A DNA stretch of 64,000 bases, from positions 1 through 64,000 of the IMG/VR virus record IMGVR_UViG_3300036852_000134. One strand, written 5' to 3'. The position numbers were made by a program, and so were the translations under genes. The DNA is from a virus. Of this stretch, positions 1 through 10,096 are shown in pieces (position 1 is the stretch's first letter; every line of letters begins with the position of its first letter). The notes under the pieces are model-generated. The model had not been told where the DNA came from and did not search any database. It saw nothing but the letters and a program-made list of their open reading frames with translations.

Positions 1-1151
1 AGCCGGCCTAGAAGGGTCTCGACAGGCAGAATATCCGTCATGCCTGGGCCGATGCCCAGAAGGCCGGCGGCAATGATCTGCTCTTGCGTGAGCCCTGGAC
101 GCCCTGCCGCGCGTTCGGCCTGATCGAAGCGTACCGCCCGCTGCGTGGCCTCACCCATACCCATCGGGCCGAAGACCAAGGCGCCACCGGCTGGACCACC
201 TATCCACGTCGCCGGCAAGCCGGTGATCATCGAGCCTAGGCCGCGCCCCAACTGTACTGAGAACGACTGCTCAGTGTAGCCTTCGGGAAGCGGAATTAAC
301 GTCCGCCCGTATTCCTGAACCGCTGCGCCTGCGCTATACAGCGTCCGGTCCTGAATCGGTGTCGGGTTGAAGGCGGCGATCTCGGCTTGGATCTCGGTAC
401 GCAGGAGCGCGCGCTGTTCAGGTGTGGCCCGCTGGTAGCGGGCAATTAGCATCCGGCGCCGATCGTCTTCCTGTGGGTCGCCCTGTCCTCCGCCAGCTCT
501 TGGCGGCAGGCTTGTGAATGCAACGGGCTCGCCTCTGTCGATTGCACCCATGGCGCCAAGCAGCCATAGGCGCGACGCCTGGCCCGCGTGCTGCGCACCT
601 GAGACCACGACATCAGGCGCCTGCAATACACTGCCGACACCGCTGATGGCGCCGCCTGGGATCTGCGACGCCGCTACGCCAGCGCCACGGCCAACCTCAT
701 AGAGGTCACCCGCACCAGGAGCCCACATGCCGGGCATTCCCGTCGGGGCTTGCGGTCCTGTCAGCGTCTCCGGCTGGATGAACAGGCTCGGGAAGCCACC
801 AGGCGTGGAGGGCGGAGTCAGAGGTTCCGCTTGCTGGTCGGCGTTCTGCTCACCTCTGCCCTTCGGCGCCGGCTCAGGCGGTGCGCTCGCCTGCGATCTC
901 CTGATCGCCTCTTGGCGCTCCTGCTCTACCCGTGCGGCATGCGCCGTCTCCAACTGGCCAAACCAGCCGGACTGATCCAGTTCTTGAGCAAGCGGGCTCA
1001 CGCCGACAGGCGGCTCGGCTGGCGCACCCTGAGGTGCTTCCAAGCCGTTCTCTTCCCGGATCTTGCGTAGCTCTGCCTGGAAGGTGTCGGCCTCGGACGC
1101 GCCAGCGTCCTGCTCAGGCATTGCTGCCGGATCAGTGTAGTCGTCTACCAT
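1..1151 (-). CDS. Large internal virion/ejection protein, N-terminal part (runs off the window start)
   Basis: Not in the ORF track because no stop lies in the window. ATG at 1151 (MVDDYTDPAAMPEQ...) opens a frame that stays open to the edge. Ala/Gly-rich helical content; position directly after the SLT-bearing ejection protein. Confidence 0.7.
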   Translation of the reverse strand, partial: MVDDYTDPAAMPEQDAGASEADTFQAELRKIREENGLEAPQGAPAEPPVGVSPLAQELDQSGWFGQLETAHAARVEQERQEAIRRSQASAPPEPAPKGRGEQNADQQAEPLTPPSTPGGFPSLFIQPETLTGPQAPTGMPGMWAPGAGDLYEVGRGAGVAASQIPGGAISGVGSVLQAPDVVVSGAQHAGQASRLWLLGAMGAIDRGEPVAFTSLPPRAGGGQGDPQEDDRRRMLIARYQRATPEQRALLRTEIQAEIAAFNPTPIQDRTLYSAGAAVQEYGRTLIPLPEGYTEQSFSVQLGRGLGSMITGLPATWIGGPAGGALVFGPMGMGEATQRAVRFDQAERAAGRPGLTQEQIIAAGLLGIGPGMTDILPVETLLGR

Positions 1152-1205
1152 GTCGATTTTTGTCTCGTGTAGGCGGAGGTTTTGACGAAACGTCAAAAGC
1201 TGCGA

Positions 1206-4200
1206 TTACCGCCGTGGCGGTTGCGACTGACCCAGCAAGTTGAGGTAGTGAGCTGCAGTTCCAGGCCCGAAGGTGCGGTCGAACTCTTCCTGCATGGCCG
1301 GAAGCCGTGCAAGGCGAGAGATCATCTCAGGGGTAGGCCTTGGCCAAGCTTGCTGCGAGACGCCAGGAACGCCAGTTGCCCGCGGCGGCGGCGAGACTGG
1401 CAATGGTGCGCCTGACGGTCGAGCGCCTGGGGTGGGTGCGGGTCCAGGCAGTCCTGAGACCGGCCCGTAACCTGGGATGCCCGACATCGGCGCGAGGCCG
1501 TCAGACGGCGGCCCCATCGGCATCGCGCCCGGCAAGGGCTGCCCGAACTGAGAGCTGAACCCAACGGGCGGAGCCCCGATGCTCCACAATGCTTCCTCCC
1601 GGTCGAGTGCGGCAAGTCTGCGTCCCAGGGTTCCGCTCACGCCCTGAGCATCCTGGAGCCTTTCGCCACTCAGCCGCCGGAAGTGCAAGGCGGCGTCGAA
1701 TGCAGCGCGGGCATAGCGTGGCCCGAAGAGTTCCGTTGCACGGTCTGCCGCAGTGCGAAGATGCTGTGTGAACTCATTCGCTGACAGCCGCGCGAGATCC
1801 GCCGGAAGGCGGAGTATCTGCGCCGCCTCGTCACCCCGAAGGATGTACCGATCTCCCTCAGGAATACCCACCCTCGTCATGGCCGCAAGCCGCGCGTCGA
1901 TGATGAGTTGCCGGTCGGCAGGCCTGAGGCGCTGATCGGTGAGGAGTAGCCTCTGCGGTTGCGACTGCCCTTCACCAAGTGCTCCAGACTCTGGCCGATA
2001 GGTAATCTCTCCATCCTCGCCGATCTGGATCTGAAGGTGCGGGTAGCGACGTGCCAAGGCATCGTAGGCATCTTCCACCTCTCTTGCCGGACGGACCCTG
2101 AGGTCATCCTCCGCGGGCGTGGATGCAACGCTGCCGTCCTGATTATGCCTCGGCAGGCCGGCCTGCCCGAGTAGATAGGTGCCGGATGCCCACAACGACG
2201 GGTCAGTGCGGCGCAGTTGCTCGATGCGGGAGATTGCCCGCGCGGTAGCCTGCCGAACGCGCCCCGCCAAGGCGTAGTCCTCGCCATCGCCAACATTGGC
2301 CGTGTCTAGATCCTCAAGATGTTCTCCCATCTCCTGAGGTGACCTATCGCTCAAACCGTCGATCGCGCGGAAGCGAGCTTCGGCTTCGCGAATGCGGCGG
2401 GTATATTGGGCAAGCTGCATTGGGGTGAATATGCCGGCCCGCCGTGCGCGCTCTAGCCAAGTTGTGCCGTCCGGGAGCGGTCGAGGCCGACCGGTGGTCG
2501 TAATGGAGGCGATGTCGCTATCGATCCCAGCAGCCGTGTCTGTGCGCAAAGCTTGGCTCAACTCACGGATGAGCACCCGCCTGCGATCTGCCGGCAGTGA
2601 TGCATACCGGCCGGCAGGGGCATTGCCTTGAACAAGGTCGGCGAGCTCGGCGATACGGGGATCGGTGGACGGCGCGTCTGGAGACGCCTGGCCACCGGGA
2701 GCCGCGCCTTCAACGCGACCGCGCCAGTAGCCCATGAACTGCTGGCTTGTAACGTTCTCGATGCCGCCAAGCTGAGCCAGAACACGCGGCGGGAGATTCC
2801 CACTGATTGCCTGCCGCGCCCAGCGCTCTCCCCTCTGGCGTCCTTCACCAGTAGCGAGCATGCTCTGCCATGCCAGACGTTCCGGTTGCGCCATGTGCGC
2901 TGCGAACCCGCCAGCGCCCTGCTGATGAATCAAGTACAGTTCGCCGGCAGTCGGATCGCGGCCGTGCTGTTGCCGGAAGCTTGCAACGTGGCGGGCAAAA
3001 TTCGCGGCTGCTGCCTCGGCATTGTCGCCAGGGCTGAAAATGTCCCCGCGCCCGCCGAACTCCTGTTCTGACAGTTGGAAGAGACCGCGATAGCTCCCCG
3101 TTACGGCTCTGGGGTCTCCAGAACTCTCAATGGCCGCTATGCGTCGCATCAAGTCTGGATCGACTCCATGTCGTTCAGCCGCCGCTGCAATCGCAGAGTC
3201 CACCTCTGGTGCGAACCGTGGCACAGGCCGGCTCTGCCCTGGTGGAGGTGTTGTCGGCGACTGCCCACCCGGCGCCGGCTGCTCCATTGCCGTGAGCCCG
3301 CCAGGAGTCCGCATCGCCTGAGCCAGCGACGACAGCCTGCCCGGTCCCGAGCTGTTGACCGACGGCATAAGCTCTTGCAGCGCATCGGTCCCGCGTGCGA
3401 GACCAAAGCTGACGAGCGCATCATGCTGCGCTTGCGTGAGGCTGACGCCATCGCTCAGACCCTCGCGGATTAAACGAGAAACCTCTCCGGCCTGCGTGCG
3501 CAAGCCCGTCACAGCCGCCTGCAGCTCAGCCGGCGTCATGCCTGGGCGACGGGCCAACCGCTGCAACTGCGTATCCGAGATCTCTCCGGTGCTTGGAGCT
3601 CGAACGCGGGGATCGCCCGAGCGCAACTCCATGAGGGCGGAATAACCGTCCGGACGGGACAGGATATCCTGCTCGATCATCTGCCGAGCCGTCCCCCGAA
3701 GCCGCTGCTCGGTCTCTGTCGAGAAGCCGTAGGTCTGGCGACCGAGCGCGATTGTGCGCTCAGCGCTATCCAGAATGCGCTGCCTGGCTTCGTCATCCGG
3801 CGCAGCCATGTAGTCCTGCGTCAGGCCATTGAGCCTCTCCGTGGTCCACTGCTCGCCGTACGCGCCACGTTGGCCCATCTCTGCCGTAAAGGCACTGGAG
3901 TGGGCGCGGTCGCGTACGTCGGAAAGGCCATGAGCTAGACGTGTGAGTGCCCGCGGGCTTAGACCTGCTTCCTGCGCCCCCGCGAACACGCCGCGGCCAG
4001 CCTCAGTGAGACTGGCCACCGTCCTACCGGCAAAGCCTGCTGGGTCTCCGGTCAGGGTGCGCCGACTATCGTCAAGCGCGCGATGCTGCGCCTGCTCGAA
4101 TTCCAGAAGGCGCCGCCGGACGTCCAACTCCTCTTCCTGGTCGGCTCTCTGCTGAATTGACGCGCCGAGCGAGGTAATGCCCTCTCCAAGGGCGGCAGCG

Positions 4201-4322
4201 CCGCGACCAGTCGCAGTCACCGCGTCCATATCGATGCGACCACTGGGCCGCCCCGTACGCGCAGAGGGCATCTGTCCAAGATCGTCTCTGGAGGGCAGAA
4301 CTCCGGGAAGGCGTGCAGCCAT
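1206..4322 (-). CDS. Internal virion (ejection) protein with lytic transglycosylase domain
   Basis: SLT motif IAAAAERHGVDPDLMRRIAAIESSGDPRA...GLFQL; synteny with T7 gp14-16 equivalents. Confidence 0.8.
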   Translation of the reverse strand: MAARLPGVLPSRDDLGQMPSARTGRPSGRIDMDAVTATGRGAAALGEGITSLGASIQQRADQEEELDVRRRLLEFEQAQHRALDDSRRTLTGDPAGFAGRTVASLTEAGRGVFAGAQEAGLSPRALTRLAHGLSDVRDRAHSSAFTAEMGQRGAYGEQWTTERLNGLTQDYMAAPDDEARQRILDSAERTIALGRQTYGFSTETEQRLRGTARQMIEQDILSRPDGYSALMELRSGDPRVRAPSTGEISDTQLQRLARRPGMTPAELQAAVTGLRTQAGEVSRLIREGLSDGVSLTQAQHDALVSFGLARGTDALQELMPSVNSSGPGRLSSLAQAMRTPGGLTAMEQPAPGGQSPTTPPPGQSRPVPRFAPEVDSAIAAAAERHGVDPDLMRRIAAIESSGDPRAVTGSYRGLFQLSEQEFGGRGDIFSPGDNAEAAAANFARHVASFRQQHGRDPTAGELYLIHQQGAGGFAAHMAQPERLAWQSMLATGEGRQRGERWARQAISGNLPPRVLAQLGGIENVTSQQFMGYWRGRVEGAAPGGQASPDAPSTDPRIAELADLVQGNAPAGRYASLPADRRRVLIRELSQALRTDTAAGIDSDIASITTTGRPRPLPDGTTWLERARRAGIFTPMQLAQYTRRIREAEARFRAIDGLSDRSPQEMGEHLEDLDTANVGDGEDYALAGRVRQATARAISRIEQLRRTDPSLWASGTYLLGQAGLPRHNQDGSVASTPAEDDLRVRPAREVEDAYDALARRYPHLQIQIGEDGEITYRPESGALGEGQSQPQRLLLTDQRLRPADRQLIIDARLAAMTRVGIPEGDRYILRGDEAAQILRLPADLARLSANEFTQHLRTAADRATELFGPRYARAAFDAALHFRRLSGERLQDAQGVSGTLGRRLAALDREEALWSIGAPPVGFSSQFGQPLPGAMPMGPPSDGLAPMSGIPGYGPVSGLPGPAPTPGARPSGAPLPVSPPPRATGVPGVSQQAWPRPTPEMISRLARLPAMQEEFDRTFGPGTAAHYLNLLGQSQPPRR

Positions 4323-4328
4323 TGTCTA

Positions 4329-4838
4329 TCAACCCCAACCGAGATAGTTGTTGGCGCCAGCGCCAGGCGTACTTCCGGTGTTTCCGTACCGCGCAAGACC
4401 GCCGATGCCGCCAAGGATAGTGCCGGCCGCTCTGTAGTATGAGGCCGTTTGCGCGGCCTTGCCCGAGTAGCGTGCCATGTCAGCCTGTCCACGCAGTCCT
4501 GTGGCGCGATCCTCGCCACCGTATCGCGTCATACGCGCCTGCAGATCGCCGTGACTTCCGATTTCCTCGGCGAGATTCAATGCCGTCGGGTCGGTTGCGG
4601 AGAGCCCTGACGCCGCACCAACGGTCTGCAACCTGGACTGGGCCAGGTCTGCACGGCGCGAAACCTGCTCAGCTTCCCGCTGAGCGGCGGCGCGCTCGGC
4701 CATAGCCACGCGCTCATGCTCTCGGCCCTGCCACTGGCCGGCTTCTTTCGCCTGCTGGCCCGCAGCAAGCGTTCCCATTGCGGTCACGCCGGCGCCGGCA
4801 ACCTGCGCAACCATGGCGATCATTGGTAGTGCTGCCAT
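4329..4838 (-). CDS. Small internal virion protein (T7 gp14-like position)
   Basis: Ala/Gly/Gln-rich, hydrophobic Gly-rich ends, synteny. Confidence 0.65.
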   Translation of the reverse strand: MAALPMIAMVAQVAGAGVTAMGTLAAGQQAKEAGQWQGREHERVAMAERAAAQREAEQVSRRADLAQSRLQTVGAASGLSATDPTALNLAEEIGSHGDLQARMTRYGGEDRATGLRGQADMARYSGKAAQTASYYRAAGTILGGIGGLARYGNTGSTPGAGANNYLGWG

Positions 4839-5222
4839 TTAGGGTTTCCAGCGGTAGAAGTTCTCTGATCGTGGGTCCGGTTTGAACCCGATCCTTTCGA
4901 GCATCTTGTCGGCGAGTGGGAAGCGCATCTCAGCTTCCGAGTAGCAGAACCTGACGCCCTGCTTGCGCGCCTCGTCCATGACCATTCTAGCCGTGCGGAT
5001 GAGAGCCTTGCGGACGCTCATGTGAGCTTTGAGGAGCTCGCGTCCTTCCTCCGTTACGTCAAGGAATGCAATCCAGCGACCACCCATGTTTGCAAGGCCA
5101 CCCAAGGCCAAGGCCTTGCCGTCGATTTCACCGACCCAGCCGCGCAAGGTCGGCGCTTTCAGGCCACGCGCAAAGGTTGCGATGTCTTGCTTGTTGGCTG
5201 GGCGGACGGCGACGTGGATCAT
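4839..5222 (-). CDS. GNAT-fold-like virion assembly protein (T7 gp13-like position)
   Basis: VRPANKQDI N-terminus, KMLERIGF C-terminal motif, directly downstream of tail tubular B. Confidence 0.55.
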   Translation of the reverse strand: MIHVAVRPANKQDIATFARGLKAPTLRGWVGEIDGKALALGGLANMGGRWIAFLDVTEEGRELLKAHMSVRKALIRTARMVMDEARKQGVRFCYSEAEMRFPLADKMLERIGFKPDPRSENFYRWKP

Positions 5223-5279
5223 TCTGGTTTTTGTTGCGGTGTTTACGTAGGATGCAGCGCTTAACAGATGAGGATCGTC

Positions 5280-5483
5280 ATGAGCATCTATAGGAGCTTT
5301 GAGAAGACCATCGGCCCGCTGCGTTTAACGCTCTCGCAACCACACCCACGCTGGCTTGAGATCGCCAACAACCGTGAGGATTGCCGCCTATTCGGGCTGA
5401 ACCTTGAAGAGGCGCGCGACCTACACTACGCGCTCGGACGCCTCATTGCTCAAGCGGACGAAGACGACACCAAGCGAAAGTGA
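5280..5483 (+). CDS. Small hypothetical protein, antisense to the late operon
   Basis: GAGGA RBS before ATG at 5280; fills the gap between two minus-strand genes. Confidence 0.5.
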   Translation: MSIYRSFEKTIGPLRLTLSQPHPRWLEIANNREDCRLFGLNLEEARDLHYALGRLIAQADEDDTKRK

Positions 5484-5488
5484 CGACC

Positions 5489-8400
5489 TCATAGCCGCTC
5501 GTTCGTTTGTGGGGATGGGATGGCGGCGAGCACAGTCGCCGGCCTCGGCGCCTTCGCCCTAATGTGCGACCTGGGATCTGTCTTATGCGTCCCCGGCGTC
5601 GGGAAGGCGACCATGTCCAGCGTGGGGAATATGTGATCCTGATCTACGGTTGCGCCTTCGATGACGCGTGGCAGCGGATCGAGCGCACCGGTGTCGTCAC
5701 CCAAGAACAGGCCACGGGCATGCGTGTTGTAGAGCACCAGCGCCGTTTGCGCGACGCGCTTCATCTGAGCAAGGGCGGTGCCGGCCTGTGCGCCGTAGGC
5801 GAGCTTGCCGCTCCGCCAGTTTGCGTCAAAAGGCAAGCCTGCGACCGCGTGGTGGAGGCCGTCCGTCAGCCCGGTGAGCGTGATGTCGCCACCGGTGTCC
5901 GTCGTCCACAGCCTCTGCGAGAAGTCACTCCCCGTGTCCGGAGACATATCGACGTGCGGTGTAGATCCCGTGTCGAGACTTCCCCAAACGACGAGGCTCG
6001 TGCTCGGGAGGTGTGGGGCTATCGCGTGGAGGAAGGTGGTGCGCCCTGTATCCGTGAAGCTGACGCTGCAGTCAGCCAAGTAGTGAAGGCCGGTATCACC
6101 CTGGCACTCGCTCTCCTTGGCCCACTTCTCAAGGAAGCGCTTCGTGACTCCGTTGACGGTGCGCCTGACGTGGTAATAGACGGCGTCTTCATCGACGCCC
6201 GGTAGGCACATGACGCGCTCGACCGCACCTGAGCCTGAGGACCAGGTCGTCCAGCAGATCACCTCCTCGGCTGGCTCGTAGGTCAGGATCGCGACCTTGC
6301 CATCGGCAAGGGCCACATGAATTCTCGTGTCGGGCTGCCGCTGGACCGCAATCGATACGACGCCAGCCGCCAAGAGATCAGGCACCAGCACGGTCAGTTC
6401 AGATGAGCCATAGTCTCCGACTGCCGCTTGCGTGTCAGGCCCGACCATGAACACGCGCTTCCTCGATCGCTGGACGAAGATGCCCCTGCCGTCCACCTTG
6501 ATGGCGCGTAGGGGCGCCGTGCCCTGCGTAGAGAAGGTTGCGGCGCTGGAGTTGGTTGGGGTTAGCGGCTCGTCAAGGGACGAGGAGCGCAAGGTAAGCT
6601 CGGCGCCGGACGTGTGCACGATGAGGCGGAGCAGGGAGAGCAGCGTGTGGATACTATCGACCGGCCCTGATCCTAGCGTACGGATGATCGGGCCGGCATC
6701 TCCGGTTGTTGACTCATCGAAGCTTTGATAGTCATCGGCGACGGAGAGGAACAGGCTTCCGCCCTGAGCATGAGCCAGGCGCCCGCTGTGGAGCTGAACC
6801 GCCGTCGGGAACCCGCGTGCGTCGGACCAGTAGCCCTGTTGCCAGTTGTCGGAGGTGCCAGTGTCAGAGAAGCGGGAGAGCACCTCTATGCCAACTGAGG
6901 TGTTGGAGTTGTAGTCGGTGATGCGGGCGATGCCGGTCACACCTCCGCCACCGTAGGTGGCAGCGACGACTGCAACGCCAGAAGTGTATCCCCCTGCGCC
7001 TACTCCAGTATCCAGCGTGCTTCCCGTGTCAGCAACCCTGGCGCGATACCAAACTTTCAAGTTATCGTCTGTATCGGCTATGATCTTCGTAAAGGTCCCC
7101 GTATCACTGGCAGTCGTTCCAAACGATGGCGGAACCGGCTTGAACCCGATGTCCGGACCGTCGATAGAACGCTCTATCGTTATGCGTCCAGTCCACGTGC
7201 CGGACACTGAGAAAATGATGCGCCGTTCGTCATTCTCTGCCAGTGTCCCGGTATCCAAGATCCCAGTCATCGCGATCGGATCAGTGTAGGCGCCGGCCGC
7301 CCCAAGGCGCCACTGGCCGCTCTGTCCATCATGGAATGCGCGCACCAGCGCACCAACGTGCGTTGACTTGAAGAACGGAATATCAGAGTTGAGCGTCGTG
7401 TTGCCGAAGAAGTGGGAGACGGAGAGCTTGGCAGACGAGGACCGCGTTGGAAGGAATGGGCCATCATCCGGTGCGTAGTCCACCACGGACCAGGATCGCC
7501 CGGTTCCGCGACGCTCGATCATCTGCTGGCGCACGCCGTCGCAGTTGGCAAACACCACGTCCGCCGACTGGTCGTGGCGGATGTCGTCGAGGTTATCCGC
7601 TTCCCATGGCGTCGTGATCTCAACCGTGCCGCTGTCGCTGATCTCCAGCGAGGAGACGATGCGGTCGATGATGGCGTCCGACTGTAGCGTGATCCAGAAG
7701 TTGCCCTGAGGCGTGAAGGCAAGGTTGTGGTAGCCGGTGCCGATCGATGTCTCGGAGATGTAGTCGTCGTCGCCGTTGGTGGAACCGACACGCAAGGTGA
7801 CGGGGCCGCGTCCGACCTGGATGGCAAGCGCATGCTCCGTGCCCGTGTCGGAGACGATGACGCGCTTGGTGGCCTTGGCACGAGCGCCGATGGAGGTGGC
7901 GTTGAGGTACAACTGGCCGCTGGAGAACCGCGCCTGGTTGGCCGTCTGTGCATCGAACAGTTCGACCTCGGCAACGAACAATTCGTTGTCCCCAGCGGCT
8001 GTCGTGAAGAAGAACCGCCAATGCCGGCGCGCCGTTACAGTGCCAGTGTCGCCCTGATCCGTCGCGTAGGTGCGCCTTTCCGAAATGGCCCAGCCGGTCT
8101 GACTACTGCGCTCGTCTTCCAGCGTCCACTTTCCGGTGTCGGCGGCAAAGGTGCCGGTGTCAAAATTGCTCGCGATCAGGCGCCAGGCTGACGGGGCATT
8201 ATCCAAAAACCCAGACTGATCGGCCGCCCTGACCGAATACGATGTAACGGCCTTTCGATTCCCCGTGTCGCTCCCGAAATCGATGTTGAGCCACGACGGT
8301 AGAGTGCTGGCAGTGCCGCCCTCTTCGCTGGAGCCGCTAAGCCCCGTGTCGGCCCAAACGGACGAGGCGTCGTCGTCGGCTGCGCGCCAACCCTGCGCGT

Positions 8401-8890
8401 TGTTCTCAGCCTCTTCCGAGGAGGATGTGATCGTGACGCCGTTGGTCGTCGCCCCCGTCATGGTGGGTATGATGTCGTTGGGATCGCCGCTGACGACGGC
8501 CCCGCCCGTGCTGGCGTTTGTCCACCCCGTGTCGCTCAGGCTCACCGTCGTATCGACGGCCGGCCTGGACAGTAGGTCCAGATCGTGCGCGTCGTCGCCG
8601 AGCCAGATGCGCATGGCGCCACCAGCGCCGCCCGTGTCGTTGGCAAGCTCCAACAGCGCAACGTCATCCGTCGAGGCGATGAACTCTACCCAGTACGCGC
8701 CGGTGTCGCGGATTGAACTTCCCTTGTGCTTTGTGCCGGGGCGGATCGACATGCTTCCTTGTGTGGCGCAAATGAAATTGTTATAGACCTCGGCAGACAG
8801 CTTCACCCTGTCGAGATCGACGCGGGCGAGCGCCTTTGGGCTGATGAGACCGCGATTGAAAGCTACCAGACCCGCGTTGACACGGCTCAT
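5489..8890 (-). CDS. Tail tubular protein B / nozzle (T7 gp12-like), with an inserted discoidin-like domain and 20 DTG motifs
   Basis: N-terminal FNRGLISPKALARVDL...RPGT, later QSADVVF and GFPTAV..HSGRL segments typical of podovirus nozzles; synteny. Confidence 0.8.
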   Translation of the reverse strand: MSRVNAGLVAFNRGLISPKALARVDLDRVKLSAEVYNNFICATQGSMSIRPGTKHKGSSIRDTGAYWVEFIASTDDVALLELANDTGGAGGAMRIWLGDDAHDLDLLSRPAVDTTVSLSDTGWTNASTGGAVVSGDPNDIIPTMTGATTNGVTITSSSEEAENNAQGWRAADDDASSVWADTGLSGSSEEGGTASTLPSWLNIDFGSDTGNRKAVTSYSVRAADQSGFLDNAPSAWRLIASNFDTGTFAADTGKWTLEDERSSQTGWAISERRTYATDQGDTGTVTARRHWRFFFTTAAGDNELFVAEVELFDAQTANQARFSSGQLYLNATSIGARAKATKRVIVSDTGTEHALAIQVGRGPVTLRVGSTNGDDDYISETSIGTGYHNLAFTPQGNFWITLQSDAIIDRIVSSLEISDSGTVEITTPWEADNLDDIRHDQSADVVFANCDGVRQQMIERRGTGRSWSVVDYAPDDGPFLPTRSSSAKLSVSHFFGNTTLNSDIPFFKSTHVGALVRAFHDGQSGQWRLGAAGAYTDPIAMTGILDTGTLAENDERRIIFSVSGTWTGRITIERSIDGPDIGFKPVPPSFGTTASDTGTFTKIIADTDDNLKVWYRARVADTGSTLDTGVGAGGYTSGVAVVAATYGGGGVTGIARITDYNSNTSVGIEVLSRFSDTGTSDNWQQGYWSDARGFPTAVQLHSGRLAHAQGGSLFLSVADDYQSFDESTTGDAGPIIRTLGSGPVDSIHTLLSLLRLIVHTSGAELTLRSSSLDEPLTPTNSSAATFSTQGTAPLRAIKVDGRGIFVQRSRKRVFMVGPDTQAAVGDYGSSELTVLVPDLLAAGVVSIAVQRQPDTRIHVALADGKVAILTYEPAEEVICWTTWSSGSGAVERVMCLPGVDEDAVYYHVRRTVNGVTKRFLEKWAKESECQGDTGLHYLADCSVSFTDTGRTTFLHAIAPHLPSTSLVVWGSLDTGSTPHVDMSPDTGSDFSQRLWTTDTGGDITLTGLTDGLHHAVAGLPFDANWRSGKLAYGAQAGTALAQMKRVAQTALVLYNTHARGLFLGDDTGALDPLPRVIEGATVDQDHIFPTLDMVAFPTPGTHKTDPRSHIRAKAPRPATVLAAIPSPQTNERL

Positions 8891-8896
8891 CGTCTC

Positions 8897-9541
8897 TTAC
8901 CCCGTCAGCCTGCCGCGCGACCCGCGATCACGCCCAGCACTTCGCCCCCAACGCGCCTGCGTCCAACTGCCAGGAGGCGGGAACTTGGGCTGCGCTTCAT
9001 TCATCGCGTCGATGTTCTTCGCAACCTTGCGCGCCTGGTCCCGCTCCTCGCCGATCTCCCGCCTCAAGCCGGCATTCTGCGTGAGCGCCATGCAGACGCG
9101 ATGTGCTAACTCTAGCTCGACATACCTGGAGAAGTTTTCAGGCCACCGACTGAGATCGAGCCCAAGCCCAGTGTCATTGGAGACATAGCGCGCATAGATC
9201 GGCGTGTTGTCCGCCGACCAGAAGCTGTCATCGTCGTAGTATTGGGTCAGCGGGTAGGCGAAATATTCGTCGAGCGAGACGGCGATAGTGCGGACCCAGT
9301 CGGACGGCTTGGCGAAGACCTCGGTGAAGCCGAACGAAGGCGTCACACCAGTGTCGGCATCGAGCTGCACCGTCTCCATGGCGAAGTTCCAGGAGCCGGA
9401 GGCGACGCATGTCGCCACGACCTTGTCGTAGACAGCCGTAAGCTCACGAGCGGCCTTTACCGGGTCACCCGTGTCGGACAAGCGCTCGCTACCGAGATCC
9501 TGCAAGGCAGAATTCCACAGGGCGAGTTTTGTCGTGCCCAT
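8897..9541 (-). CDS. Tail tubular protein A / adaptor (T7 gp11-like)
   Basis: LWNSALQDLG, WNFA and KPSDWVR motifs; size and synteny; 3 DTG. Confidence 0.8.
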   Translation of the reverse strand: MGTTKLALWNSALQDLGSERLSDTGDPVKAARELTAVYDKVVATCVASGSWNFAMETVQLDADTGVTPSFGFTEVFAKPSDWVRTIAVSLDEYFAYPLTQYYDDDSFWSADNTPIYARYVSNDTGLGLDLSRWPENFSRYVELELAHRVCMALTQNAGLRREIGEERDQARKVAKNIDAMNEAQPKFPPPGSWTQARWGRSAGRDRGSRGRLTG

Positions 9542-9542
9542 C

Positions 9543-10028
9543 TCAGTCTTCCACCTTCACGGGGTCAACCCAGGCCTTGCCGGTATTGAGATCGATCGGC
9601 CGCGCCACGCCGGTCTTGATGTCGATGCTCGGGCCGATGCAGATCAGATCGAGGCCGCAGGGGTTCCCCAGATTGTTGCGCACGATGCCACGGATGCGGA
9701 GGACGGCGGAGAACGAGCCGCTCTCAGTCTCCAGGAAGATCTTGGAGCCGATCTTGTCCACCGTGGTGTTGAGAGGGTTGCGCGCAACCCTTGCAGCGAC
9801 GTTGGCCCAGGCGACCGGGTTCATCACGTCGGCAAACGTCCACTCTTTCGGAGCGGTGGCCGTGAGAATTTCAGTCTCCCCGTAACCCAGGGGCTGCAAG
9901 CTGCTGGGGGAGAACTGCTTCGGCTGAACCTTGCGCAATAGTTCCACGGCGGGTTTCACCGAGGGCGCAACAGTTTCAGCAGTCTTGGAAGACTTCGCGG
10001 ACTTGGTAGCCACGGCAGCATCAGACAT
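9543..10028 (-). CDS. Hypothetical late protein
   Basis: Likely start MSDAAVATK at 10028 after AAGGAAA; lies between the capsid terminator and tail tubular A. Confidence 0.6.
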   Translation of the reverse strand: MSDAAVATKSAKSSKTAETVAPSVKPAVELLRKVQPKQFSPSSLQPLGYGETEILTATAPKEWTFADVMNPVAWANVAARVARNPLNTTVDKIGSKIFLETESGSFSAVLRIRGIVRNNLGNPCGLDLICIGPSIDIKTGVARPIDLNTGKAWVDPVKVED

Positions 10029-10052
10029 ATTGGTTTCCTTGAGGTTGATATG

Positions 10053-10086
10053 AAAAAGGTGGGGCCGGCTTCGTGCCGGCCCCACC
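10053..10086 (-). terminator. Rho-independent terminator after the capsid/decoration genes
   Basis: 12-bp stem GGTGGGGCCGGC/GCCGGCCCCACC followed by TTTTT on the minus strand. Confidence 0.85.
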
Positions 10087-10096
10087 CCAGTTGAGA

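Noticed and set aside
5489-8890. DTG as an aspartic-protease active-site motif
   Set aside because: Proteases have one or two copies in a hydrophobic strand context; here there are 20 in varied, loop-like contexts in a structural protein.
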